Below, one piece after another: positions 16,994-26,142 of a stretch of DNA of 64,000 bases. The position numbers and the translations under genes were made by a program. The stretch's first letter is position 1. The number at the start of each line of letters is the position of its first letter. The DNA comes from a virus. Lineage: Duplodnaviria > Caudoviricetes. Below the pieces are notes generated by a model, which did no database searches, was not told the DNA's origin, and saw only the letters and a program-made list of their open reading frames with translations. The DNA lies in IMG/VR virus record IMGVR_UViG_3300025018_000091. One strand, 5' to 3'.

Positions 16994-17059
16994 AAGGTAA
17001 CAAAAAGTGTAAAGATTGTTTTTTTAATGGTTAGATGTAATCCTTACGGCATTTACCTT
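16994..17059 (-). ncRNA. Y-RNA-like ncRNA H (minimal, module only)
   Basis: AAGGUAA-AUGCC-GUAAGGAU-UACAU ... AUCUUUAC-ACUUUUUG-UUACCUU; 66 nt. Confidence 0.78.
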
Positions 17060-17134
17060 GGTAGGAAAGGTTGGACTTCAACCAACGTCCTGACAACCTT
17101 TACGTTGCCTGCTCTTTCTCTGAGCTACTTCCCT
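17059..17134 (-). pseudogene. tRNA-like gene with 6-nt anticodon loop
   Basis: AGGGAAG/CUUUCCU-ACCA; GCAAC-GUAAAG-GUUGU. Confidence 0.6.
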
Positions 17135-17390
17135 ATATAATCAAACGAGATAATTAATCCTACTATCTATATATCAATATGCCTAAAAGTTTTATCCAGT
17201 TGTTATTTTTATTACAAGACCACCATTTATTATCAAATTAAGTCTTATTGGTCTCCAATCTTGAGTAAGCATATATGAGTTGCCATCTCTCTCAGCAACA
17301 CGAAAATTTATGTTTTTCTCTTTTAAAGTCGCTATTACATCCTCTTCTTTTTTCATAAGAAGACTCCCTATATCAACTCCAACATCTACC

Positions 17391-17418
17391 ATTGTAACCT
17401 CTTCTCACCGCCTGTCAA
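17391..17418 (-). promoter_or_regulatory. sigma70-like promoter TTGACA-N16-TACAAT
   Basis: Points into the tRNA/ncRNA cluster; overlaps the annotated ATG of ORF 17192-17392, whose real start is probably the next Met. Confidence 0.6.
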
Positions 17419-17465
17419 GCCCAGCGTTTTTCTTTTTTAACACCGCGCCCCGTTGCGTACACCAT

Positions 17466-17493
17466 ACTATAACACCGCCTCTCCGCCCGTCAA
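17466..17493 (-). promoter_or_regulatory. sigma70-like promoter TTGACG-N16-TATAGT
   Basis: Second tandem promoter at the head of the RNA cluster, preceded by GCGAGGGG. Confidence 0.6.
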
Positions 17494-18394
17494 CCCCTCG
17501 CTATTTTTTTAAAAAGCCGCCGATAATATTTAGACATAAATCTATGGAACTAAAAGAAATATTATCAAAGGTAGCACAATACGAGGCTCTAACTAAAAAG
17601 ATAGATCCAAACAAATATATTGTTTATACGCATGGAGTTGCCGGTAATGATAGGTTCTATATAAAATACAGAAACAAAACTGTTTGTACAATTAGTGTTT
17701 CCGCGATTAATCCGCAAATCAATGAAGTGATGGGATTTTTTTTCAACATCTCCTATCGCTGCTGCCATAGGAATGGCACTGTTAAACAAATATAAAACTC
17801 CATTAATTCCAGATCAAGAATCATTAACCGGAGACTCGTATCGAGTTTTAACTGCTTATTTCGATAGATATAAAAACGATCCTACATTAATTAGGAAGAT
17901 ATATCCTGATAAACCACTCACTCCATTTAATGCAGTATTCATGCACAATCCAGCTTTAGATAGCTTATCATCTAATATAGAAATAGTTGATATAAATAAT
18001 CAACCATTCGATAGGGCTCAAAGTTTCATACAAGATAGTGAACGTATATTCCAACAAACATATAATGTTGAAAATGCAATACCTATAAGTAACGATAATG
18101 AACTTGACTCTATCTATTCAAAATTAGATGATACAGATGAATCCGGTGAGCCATTGAAATCTGAAGTTTAATCGTGTGCCGACCACGCTTCTTGACAACA
18201 AACATCACCTTTATAATTCAAAGCCATAGTAAATAATTGTTCAAGTTCCAACTTAAGTTGGTCCAACTCCGCTTTCATTCTATCTCCGGTGCGCCTACCA
18301 AGATAGCCTGACTCATCCGCTGAACTCATATTTGAAGTTAATTCAATAATACGATCAACAATTTGATGATGCCTGGTCCACATCTCTTGCTTAG

Positions 18395-18911
18395 TCATTG
18401 TGTCCTCATCTTCTTAGCTAACGCCTCCTCAACATAAGGCGGAACAAACTTACTCACATCTCCACCAAACTTGTAGATTTGTTTAACCATAGACGAAGAC
18501 ACGACTGCCAATTTAGGATCCGTTGGAATGAATACTGTCTCAATTTTCGGCGCTAAAACTTTATTAATGCCAGCCAAATTAATTTCATATTCGAAATCTG
18601 AAACAGATCTAATTCCACGAATTAATATCTTCGCCATATGTTCTCTAGCAAAATCAGTTAACAACTTATCAAACGCTATAGCGTAAACAGAAGTTGGTAT
18701 ATATGGTGGCTTATCAGGATCTCCAAACTCACTTACTAAGAATTTAGTAATTAATTCCTGTCTTTCCTTAACAGAAAATAAAGGAGTTTTTCCTGGGTTA
18801 ATACCAATTCCCATAATCAATGTATCACAAAACTTCAAACTCCTATTGAAGATATCAATGTGACCATTCGTAATCGGATCAAAAAGATCCTGCGTAGATT
18901 GCAGTCACCAT
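18395..18911 (-). CDS. coaD: phosphopantetheine adenylyltransferase (frameshift in T run near 18892)
   Basis: MVTAIYAGSF/DPITNGHIDIF across the indel; RGIRSVSDFEYE; VSSSMVKQI. Confidence 0.92.
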
Positions 18912-18952
18912 TTATATTAACCTTTCTTATCAGGTTCCGGAATAAACTAATC

Positions 18953-19660
18953 TTACTTTCCAAAATGTTTTTTATAAATAGAATAGAAATCGTCAGATGA
19001 TAAGTTACTACCAGTATCATGCATTGGTGCGAGATCATCTAAATCAATGTGAGACCAATCTACTGGAAAAGTAATCTTTCCCACAGTATCATCATTAACC
19101 CCTGGGTACTGACCAAACCCTAACAAATTCTTTTGTTTTATCTTATGTGTACTAATCTTCCATTTACCACCGCTATTACCACTAATACACTTAAACTCTT
19201 CATAATCATCATCAGATACTTCATATACTCTTCCGATATGTCGCCACCAAGATGTCTCTGGCTTTCCTGGTTGACTCCTATCAAAAATAATAAGATCACC
19301 AACCTTAATAGTATAAGATAAATCAAGCACATCTTTGATAGGTTTCCACAATCCTTTACTTTCAAGGTCAGCAACAATCTCTACTACACCAAGTCTACAT
19401 TCATGTGGCTTTTCTTCTCCAGGTAATAGAGAATTTAACATACAAAATGAAGCACTCGCCGCACACCAATTACCTTTGGTAAAATGTAGATTAACTTCTT
19501 TACCCTTGATCTTTCTAGTACAAATACTGAAGTATTCTCTAATTCTTGGAGAAGTATACGAACCCGGTTTGTCTTCTTGTACGCCGTTATTTAATTCATT
19601 TTCAGCAAATGCCACACAGCGTTCACCTAAACTTAATAGAGGATTCTGCCACTTACTCAT
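18953..19660 (-). CDS. CHAP/NlpC-like cysteine peptidoglycan hydrolase
   Basis: NWCAASASFC, GDLIIFDR, HIGRV, SGN. Confidence 0.7.
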   Translation of the reverse strand: MSKWQNPLLSLGERCVAFAENELNNGVQEDKPGSYTSPRIREYFSICTRKIKGKEVNLHFTKGNWCAASASFCMLNSLLPGEEKPHECRLGVVEIVADLESKGLWKPIKDVLDLSYTIKVGDLIIFDRSQPGKPETSWWRHIGRVYEVSDDDYEEFKCISGNSGGKWKISTHKIKQKNLLGFGQYPGVNDDTVGKITFPVDWSHIDLDDLAPMHDTGSNLSSDDFYSIYKKHFGK

Positions 19661-19865
19661 CTCATTCCTTCAATTTACTATTCATCTTCATTTGCATTCA
19701 AAGTTATAGTTCCAGTGCCTTTGAAATCAGAATATAATCCGCCTTTTTCAAGACCACATCTAATACACTTTCCATTTGCCAATAGATATGTACTATTGAA
19801 TCCTTGTTGATAAGTTAGTACCAAATCCCATTTGTGCCCTATACAAAGACAGATTAATTCTTTAA

Positions 19866-20489
19866 TCATTTTCCCTTACCAAAAAATCCAGACTTAGAAG
19901 GTCCACTCATACGATATCTCTTCATAGACTTAGAGACGTCTTGATATAAGCTGCGAGTCCCTGCTGGTGTTGGCATATAATCCATCGTATTATGTTGTGC
20001 AACACCTATTGAAGCTCCTTCTGCCATAGAATCAATATTGGCTCCCATGAAAACAAATTCCCACTTATAAACATCTTGTTGATGTTCAACCATAGATTTA
20101 ATCTGTTCCTTAGAAAATTCTACACTAGAGTTCTCTTCGCCATCTGTAATGACCAAGAAGATAACCTTAGAAGGGCGTTCATCCTCTTCCATTGTAGCCA
20201 ACTTAGCACCAACAGAATTAATGGTTTTACCCAATGCATCTAACAAAGCAGTACCACCTGCCGCTCTATATGTAGAAGAATCTAAATCAGAAATATCTGC
20301 TAATACCTTACAGTCATGTACCAAAGTATAATCTATACTGAATATTGCTAGAGTCAATACTGCTTCACCGGGCACATCTCTTTGGTCGGCTAGAAACTGA
20401 TTGAATCCACCAATAGTGTCGGATGTCAATCTTTGCATAGAACCACTTCTATCTATAACTACATTAATTGAGGTAAAATTTTCTTTCAT
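19866..20489 (-). CDS. von Willebrand factor A domain protein
   Basis: VVIDRSGSM MIDAS, GGTALLDA, LVITDGEENSS. Confidence 0.9.
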   Translation of the reverse strand: MKENFTSINVVIDRSGSMQRLTSDTIGGFNQFLADQRDVPGEAVLTLAIFSIDYTLVHDCKVLADISDLDSSTYRAAGGTALLDALGKTINSVGAKLATMEEDERPSKVIFLVITDGEENSSVEFSKEQIKSMVEHQQDVYKWEFVFMGANIDSMAEGASIGVAQHNTMDYMPTPAGTRSLYQDVSKSMKRYRMSGPSKSGFFGKGK

Positions 20490-20521
20490 AATCGCTCCGT
20501 GGCTAGTGTTTAGTAACTGTA

Positions 20522-20908
20522 CTATATCAGTTTAAAACTTAATTTCTCTTGATGAGATAATTGTTTAATTTTGTATTCGAGCTTCATTGCTTCAGATTTT
20601 GTGGCGCAAAGATAATAAGAAACAATCCTAACTGGTCGTCTGGCTCTTGTATATTTTGCGCCCTTTCCATTATTGTGGATTTTTATTCTTTTCGCTAGAT
20701 TATTCGTAGCTCCCGTATATAATGTCCCATCGGCACATAATACAATATATGCTGCCCATTGTATTCCAATCTCAATAAGCTCTCGGCATGACTTGCAATA
20801 ATGCTGTTTTTTATCACAAGCAATTGCCATGGTCCTGCATTCACCTTGACCACAATTTAAACAAGGTGCATCACAGTAAGTATCATGTTCCCATGCAGTA
20901 TTCATCAC
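20522..20908 (-). CDS. GIY-YIG nuclease (YhbQ-like)
   Basis: AYIVLCADGTLYTGATNNLAKRIKIHNNGKGAKYTR. Confidence 0.88.
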   Translation of the reverse strand: MMNTAWEHDTYCDAPCLNCGQGECRTMAIACDKKQHYCKSCRELIEIGIQWAAYIVLCADGTLYTGATNNLAKRIKIHNNGKGAKYTRARRPVRIVSYYLCATKSEAMKLEYKIKQLSHQEKLSFKLI

Positions 20909-21756
20909 ACACCAAACACTTGTTTGAAAGTCGTATATATTGGCGTACCTTCTCTTGAATCATACACTGCAAAACATACATGACCAAAATCAGGGATATC
21001 AACCAATGCTTGCTTGAAAGCATTGGCTACCATATCTGGATCATTTCCAAACGCCCCACATCCCCATGCTCCAAGAATTATATTCTCATGTTGATAAAGT
21101 CTGGCAATATGTAGAATTTTCAATATCCTATTATAAATAACAGAATATAAAACCTTTTCATCTATATCCTCCATTGACCTTACGTTTGGGGCAGGTGCTG
21201 AAATTATAGATAAATAATATGGATTTTCAAGGAACTGATTATATTCATCCCTAAAGAAAGGAACATTGGGAGAATAGATTATATTATCTGTATAGAATGT
21301 ATCATCACAAAGAATGTTCTCATTATAGAACACAGGCTTACGTTTAGTACAAACATATAATCCAGAACGCCTACAAAGGTCTTCTTCTTGAGCAACCGCT
21401 CCAGATAAAAAGCCGCCGCCAACATTACGAGCAGAAGCAAAATTCAATGCCACTATATCTTTTTTATTATCAGCAAGCAAACGAACCGCTGCTTGTGTGG
21501 TTGTTTCATTTACAACATCTACGATAGGGGCTGTCACGCTGGCTACAGGCGAAGTAGGTTGAGCATAAATGGCAGGAGTTACATCCTGAAATAGTTTGGT
21601 ATGATCAATAGCTTCATCCAAAGCAAAAGAAATGTCAACAATATTTCCGCTTGGTGCAATATATTGTTTATGTTTTAATACATCTAGCGTATCTTTTGCG
21701 AGGGAAACATTCTTTGTCCTAGCATTCATTAATGCAACACCATCACGTTTAATCAT
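20905..21756 (-). CDS. TIGR02452 family macrodomain (microbial PARG-like)
   Basis: ALNFASARNVGGGFLSGAVAQEEDLCRRSGLY; IILGAWGCGAFGNDP. Confidence 0.9.
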   Translation of the reverse strand: MIKRDGVALMNARTKNVSLAKDTLDVLKHKQYIAPSGNIVDISFALDEAIDHTKLFQDVTPAIYAQPTSPVASVTAPIVDVVNETTTQAAVRLLADNKKDIVALNFASARNVGGGFLSGAVAQEEDLCRRSGLYVCTKRKPVFYNENILCDDTFYTDNIIYSPNVPFFRDEYNQFLENPYYLSIISAPAPNVRSMEDIDEKVLYSVIYNRILKILHIARLYQHENIILGAWGCGAFGNDPDMVANAFKQALVDIPDFGHVCFAVYDSREGTPIYTTFKQVFGV

Positions 21757-22319
21757 TTAATGTCACTTTCTATATCACGAATCGAATATGATGAATTAAA
21801 TCCTGGTTGTGGATGTAGTTTATTGCGCTCTAATAATTCATCTAATTTCTTTTCACAAGATGTCTTAGATTTAGATGCAAAGACAGGATAAGAATACCAG
21901 CACTCACCAATATCTTCGAATAATAAATATATCATTTGGTGCATCCCCCAAGATTCGAACTTCGGCAGATAAAATCCATTATAAACATCATGTGGTTGCG
22001 ATCCACAATATAGTTTATAGCTTCAATTAAAGGTTCAGTTAATCACCAGAAACATTAATCTTGATAATCGCCGCGCGATCAATTATCTATAATGCCTGAA
22101 AAGACACATATAGATAATCATCCTCCACACCAACCACAACCACCAGGAATATACCCACATTTTTTACAAAGTGTTCTTTTACAATGCCCACAATGACTGT
22201 ATGGTGTCCCAGTTATAAGTTCGTGGCATGACGAACATTTATAGTTCAATTGGCATGAAGAACAGTTATTATTCAATAACCAAACTTTGGTAATTTGTTT
22301 AACAAACCAATCCAAAATT

Positions 22320-22997
22320 TCATTTCTCTGCATATTTATTTCCTAATTTGGAACAAGATTTGCATTGTGTTGATTTATCATTCAATAAATCAAATGCCGA
22401 TACAATCGCTTCTTTATCACATTCGCAACGGCAATTGTATTTGTTACAACCATCAACTTTACTAATAATTGTCCAAGAATTGAACTTATCACCAACATTA
22501 AGATAAGTTCGTTTCTTTGGTGTAGTGAAAGCTTTCAGCGGCTCCCAGCCTTCTGATATTCTATCTTTTGCCAAAGTATATTGAATATTATATATTTCAC
22601 ACCACTCTACCATTGGTTTGGTTTCAGAACCAATGGTAATTAATTTGGTGGTCCTACGATTGCGAGCCTGCTGTTTATCAGTTGCCCAGCGACAATTATC
22701 AGGAGAATAATTCCCATCACTATCGATCCTATCAATAGAATGTTTGGCAGATGGCTTGAGCCCCATATCTTGATGGAAATTATCAAATCCATCAACACCA
22801 AGCCACCTATCACAAACAGTTATTCCTCTACCACCATAATTCTCATAAAAAGGAGTTTGTGGATAATAACACCTACGTATCATATGATACCAAGCATTAT
22901 ATTCTTTAGTCCTTGAATTTGAATATTTGTACTTAAATCTTGAGGGAAGATTAAAGTTTAATCTGCTCGATTGTGTTGACCCATAAGTCTGCATCAT
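22320..22997 (-). CDS. HNH-type homing endonuclease
   Basis: YNAWYHMIRRC, YGGRGITVCDRW, SIDRIDSDGNYSPDNCRWAT..QQARN. Confidence 0.88.
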   Translation of the reverse strand: MMQTYGSTQSSRLNFNLPSRFKYKYSNSRTKEYNAWYHMIRRCYYPQTPFYENYGGRGITVCDRWLGVDGFDNFHQDMGLKPSAKHSIDRIDSDGNYSPDNCRWATDKQQARNRRTTKLITIGSETKPMVEWCEIYNIQYTLAKDRISEGWEPLKAFTTPKKRTYLNVGDKFNSWTIISKVDGCNKYNCRCECDKEAIVSAFDLLNDKSTQCKSCSKLGNKYAEK

Positions 22998-24522
22998 TTC
23001 CGTACTCCATGAACTTATATATCACGTCAAATACAGAATCGCCGAATCCTCCAATGTTAAGCACGTCATTTCTCGAATGAGCTTGCGTAGTTGCTCCTGG
23101 TTGAATATCAATGCAAACTAGCTTTGCATTTGGGTTGTTTTTCTTAAACTTCTGCCAAGCATACATAGTAGCAGTGCTACGATAACGTCCAGAATCAACC
23201 CAAGACTCGTTATCTGAAACATAAATCACTAGGTCTCCCTTAGCTCCTTCACGATTCAGTTGTTCTAATGGAAGTGAACAGCTAGTTCCACCACCACCAA
23301 ACTTAGCTAGATAAGCTGCATTTGTCATGATAGAATCCATAGGATTCATCTTAGCATTATGCACCCTAGTATCGAAAGGCATAACTCTTGCTTCTGGGTT
23401 CTTACGCAAGATTGCTGCCGCAACCAAAGCTGCAACATCTACACAAGTCGTCTTTGAAGTCACCGTTGAACGGTATCCCGTTACTGGAGAAGCCATCGAA
23501 CCTGAAACGTCTACCATTACATAGACTTTCCCATTGATTTCAGGAATGTTCTCACAAGCTACTTCCGCAGCCTTTTGCAAAGCCATGTTTAACTTCATAG
23601 GAACCTTCTCATCAATGTTTTTGAAAGCCGTGAACAACTGATATGGGAATACCTTTGCTCTACGAATCTGCTCTGGATCTGCCAACTTATCTGCCAAAAC
23701 AGAAACCAACTTAGTATCTTCCAACACACCGTGGCGTGCGAAAGTATTCAAATTCATTCTGACCTGAGTCCAAGTTGCATTGTCAGCAATCTTCTTCCAG
23801 TGTTCCTTTGTTAGAGGCAAAGCAGTCAACATCTGGAAAGGAACGTTAGGGATCTCTCCCTTCATATCCTTCTTGAAGGCTTGGAACTGACGAACCAATG
23901 GGCATAGATCTTTTCTATTATACTCCTTGTCAAGCAAGTAAGCATACATAGCATTTCTATTCTTGTTCGTTGGACGAGGGTGTACCAACTTGATAATATC
24001 TTCTAGCGAAGGATCATTACCAACATTAGCCTTAAACAACTGCTCATCAGTCAACCCCTCAAGATAAGCCTGTATTAACTTCTTTGGACGAGTACCCAAA
24101 GACTTACGTCCCGTTGCTCCAGAACGAACAATCTGCACAAAATTGCGCACCATCTTTGGATTGTCAATGACCTTTGGAAAAATCTTCGAAAGGAGTTCTG
24201 GCGCTCTACCTGCAACCAAAGCTGCAAGAACAGCAGGCATATCCTTCATAAGTCCCTTCTGTCTCGAATACACTGCCAACTTTGCCAAGAACTCAGGACT
24301 AACCTTCTTGGAAAGTTCAAGTACCTTATTCAACTGATCCTTATCAGAAGCATAATACGTACCGTTAAGACAACCAGTCATTGCATACTGCGCAAGCGCA
24401 GCTTTATCACTCAACTTATAAGCCTGTCCTCCAGCTTCATTCACCGTATCGGCTGCTCTCACAACCTTAACTGAAGTTGACTTGCTGTTTGACTTGTTTG
24501 AGAATAGGTTCTTAGATGCCAT
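22951..24522 (-). CDS. rsr: Ro60/Rsr TROVE-domain ribonucleoprotein with C-terminal vWA
   Basis: NEAGGQAY..SDKAALAQYAMTG, MKDMPA, LRNF-like VRNFVQ, HPRP, VMVDVSGSM, GGGTSC, ISDNES-like YVSDNESW. Confidence 0.93.
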   Translation of the reverse strand: MASKNLFSNKSNSKSTSVKVVRAADTVNEAGGQAYKLSDKAALAQYAMTGCLNGTYYASDKDQLNKVLELSKKVSPEFLAKLAVYSRQKGLMKDMPAVLAALVAGRAPELLSKIFPKVIDNPKMVRNFVQIVRSGATGRKSLGTRPKKLIQAYLEGLTDEQLFKANVGNDPSLEDIIKLVHPRPTNKNRNAMYAYLLDKEYNRKDLCPLVRQFQAFKKDMKGEIPNVPFQMLTALPLTKEHWKKIADNATWTQVRMNLNTFARHGVLEDTKLVSVLADKLADPEQIRRAKVFPYQLFTAFKNIDEKVPMKLNMALQKAAEVACENIPEINGKVYVMVDVSGSMASPVTGYRSTVTSKTTCVDVAALVAAAILRKNPEARVMPFDTRVHNAKMNPMDSIMTNAAYLAKFGGGGTSCSLPLEQLNREGAKGDLVIYVSDNESWVDSGRYRSTATMYAWQKFKKNNPNAKLVCIDIQPGATTQAHSRNDVLNIGGFGDSVFDVIYKFMEYGNDADLWVNTIEQIKL

Positions 24523-24584
24523 GATAGACTCCTTTTATTTGAAATATGGTTTCAACAATTACGACCTCAACGCCGTGTCGCAAC

Positions 24585-24612
24585 AATATGTACACGATTT
24601 GCGCGGCGTCAA
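24585..24612 (-). promoter_or_regulatory. sigma70-like promoter TTGACG-N16-CATATT
   Basis: About 60 bp upstream of the Ro60 start. Confidence 0.5.
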
Positions 24613-24665
24613 ACCCGATCCGAATTTTATTTAATACGCAAAGCAATAAATGCTTCAATACGTAA

Positions 24666-25562
24666 ATGAAATACGCTCACTCATTTAATCCTCCTTCTAA
24701 CACGAATATAAATAGTCATAACAAAAGAATGCCAACTCTTCTGTTCGTAACTATTTATATATCAATATTGATAGAAGTTTTGATTAAATCATTCCTCGGG
24801 AGGAAGAAAAAATATATTCTCGACAGAAATACTGTCAAGCTGATTTTAACTGACGAAACCAAACCCCTTGTTATATATTATAACATGAAATGTAAATTAT
24901 GTTTAATTGATAAACAAGTAGACGAATTTTATTTAGTCAACAAAACGAAAAATTATCGTGATAATACTTGTAAAAAATGCAGAAAACAAAACGCAAAATC
25001 CTATAAGGAAAAACATAAAGAAGAATATTGCGCATACTACAAACAATATAGACAGAAAAATAAAAGTAAAAAGATAGAAAATGATAAAGAATACTACAAA
25101 GACAATTCTAATAAAATCAAAACCAGAGTGTCAAAATATAAAGAATTACATAATGAAGAAATTAAAACATGGTATGCAAAATATAGGTATACATCTAATG
25201 GTCGTTATTCTATAGCAAAAGCCCAGGCTAAAAGGAAAGGTAAATTATTTAATCTGACAAAAGAAGAATACGCACTAGAAATAAATAAACCATGTTATTA
25301 TTGTAACAATATTTTAGGCGTACAAACTAAAACATCTATAGGTTTAGATAGATTAGATAATAATCGTGGATATGAAAAAGACAACGTTGTTTCTTGCTGT
25401 AATGTTTGCAATACAATTAAAAATCAATATCTAACAGATAAAGAAACTTTAGCTGCAGTAAAACTTATATCACTAATAAGAATTAGTAATTTGGAGAATA
25501 AAAACGATGTCCTTCAACAGATATTGAATCTACTTGGTTTGGAGAAATGCGAAATTGTCTAA
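24666..25562 (+). CDS. HNH-like homing endonuclease (probable start at MKCKLC)
   Basis: CxxC N-terminus, PCYYC, GLDRLDNNRGYEKDNVVSCCNVCN. Confidence 0.8.
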   Translation: MKYAHSFNPPSNTNINSHNKRMPTLLFVTIYISILIEVLIKSFLGRKKKYILDRNTVKLILTDETKPLVIYYNMKCKLCLIDKQVDEFYLVNKTKNYRDNTCKKCRKQNAKSYKEKHKEEYCAYYKQYRQKNKSKKIENDKEYYKDNSNKIKTRVSKYKELHNEEIKTWYAKYRYTSNGRYSIAKAQAKRKGKLFNLTKEEYALEINKPCYYCNNILGVQTKTSIGLDRLDNNRGYEKDNVVSCCNVCNTIKNQYLTDKETLAAVKLISLIRISNLENKNDVLQQILNLLGLEKCEIV

Positions 25563-26034
25563 ATGAACCAACAGGACACATACGACGCAACCTATCCTTA
25601 GCCACAGTCAAAGGCTTACGATTCTTGGTCTTATGAATTCCTGGCATAAGGATCTTCTTATGAACAACCAATCCATATAGATGGATAGTATTAGATTCTT
25701 CATGAAGTTTCACTCCCTTAATGTAAGTTCCATTTGAATCAGTAAAACGACGATAGGCATCGTCAACCTCTTCAATAGGAGTTGTCTCAATACGGTCCAA
25801 TGAATTCATAAAGCTGGCTAGACACTCTTCTTTTGCCTGCGCCTCTAGTTCATCAGCAGGGACCAGTGCTTCCAATTTTGCAATGCTTCGAAGCAAAGCA
25901 TTCTTGTAGCTCATATGAAAAACAATACTAAAATCAGAAACCTCACCACTCTCAGAACGATAACCCTTCAAAGTCAGAAAGGTAGAAGAAGTTCGAAGCT
26001 TTCCCAATTCTGCAACAAATTGTTGTTGATCCAT
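25483..26034 (-). CDS. hypothetical phage protein
   Basis: 183-aa ORF with AAAGGA RBS, preceded by the 24-bp motif. Confidence 0.75.
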   Translation of the reverse strand: MDQQQFVAELGKLRTSSTFLTLKGYRSESGEVSDFSIVFHMSYKNALLRSIAKLEALVPADELEAQAKEECLASFMNSLDRIETTPIEEVDDAYRRFTDSNGTYIKGVKLHEESNTIHLYGLVVHKKILMPGIHKTKNRKPLTVAKDRLRRMCPVGSFRQFRISPNQVDSISVEGHRFYSPNY

Positions 26035-26093
26035 AATAACTTTCCTTTAATGGTTAATTTGCAGACGATCCTATTCGTCAGCCTCATATACAG

Positions 26094-26117
26094 GCTTGCC
26101 CCGCTCACTCGATGGGG
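26094..26117 (-). promoter_or_regulatory. 24-bp dispersed upstream motif, copy 2
   Basis: GCTTGCCC-CGC-TCACTCGATGGGG. Confidence 0.7.
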
Positions 26118-26126
26118 CGAGCAATT

Positions 26127-26142
26127 TGGCACGAATATTGCA
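26127..26142 (+). promoter_or_regulatory. sigma54-type -24/-12 consensus
   Basis: TGGCAC-GAATA-TTGCA. Confidence 0.4.

Noticed and set aside
8866-17056. Repeated ATGTAATCC..GCATT motif as a CRISPR array or DNA operator
   Set aside because: Spacing is irregular, copies vary, and nine have a distant complementary strand that covaries, which fits an RNA duplex
8728-17059. Canonical YrlA/YrlB assignment
   Set aside because: The GNCGAA-type Rsr-binding motif I recall for bacterial Y RNAs is not seen; only the architecture matches, so they are called Y-RNA-like
8742-17140. Many 60-85 aa ORFs in the track across the RNA cluster (e.g. 8742-8948, 10443-10649, 11030-11221, 11328-11519, 11831-12146, 12520-12711, 13714-13935, 14899-15096, 15403-15630, 16934-17140)
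   Set aside because: They overlap tRNA or ncRNA genes and translate to typical tRNA-shadow peptides
17280-17540. N-terminal half of plus-strand ORF 17280-17795
   Set aside because: Overlaps a minus-strand gene and two promoters; the real start is probably MELKEIL near 17543
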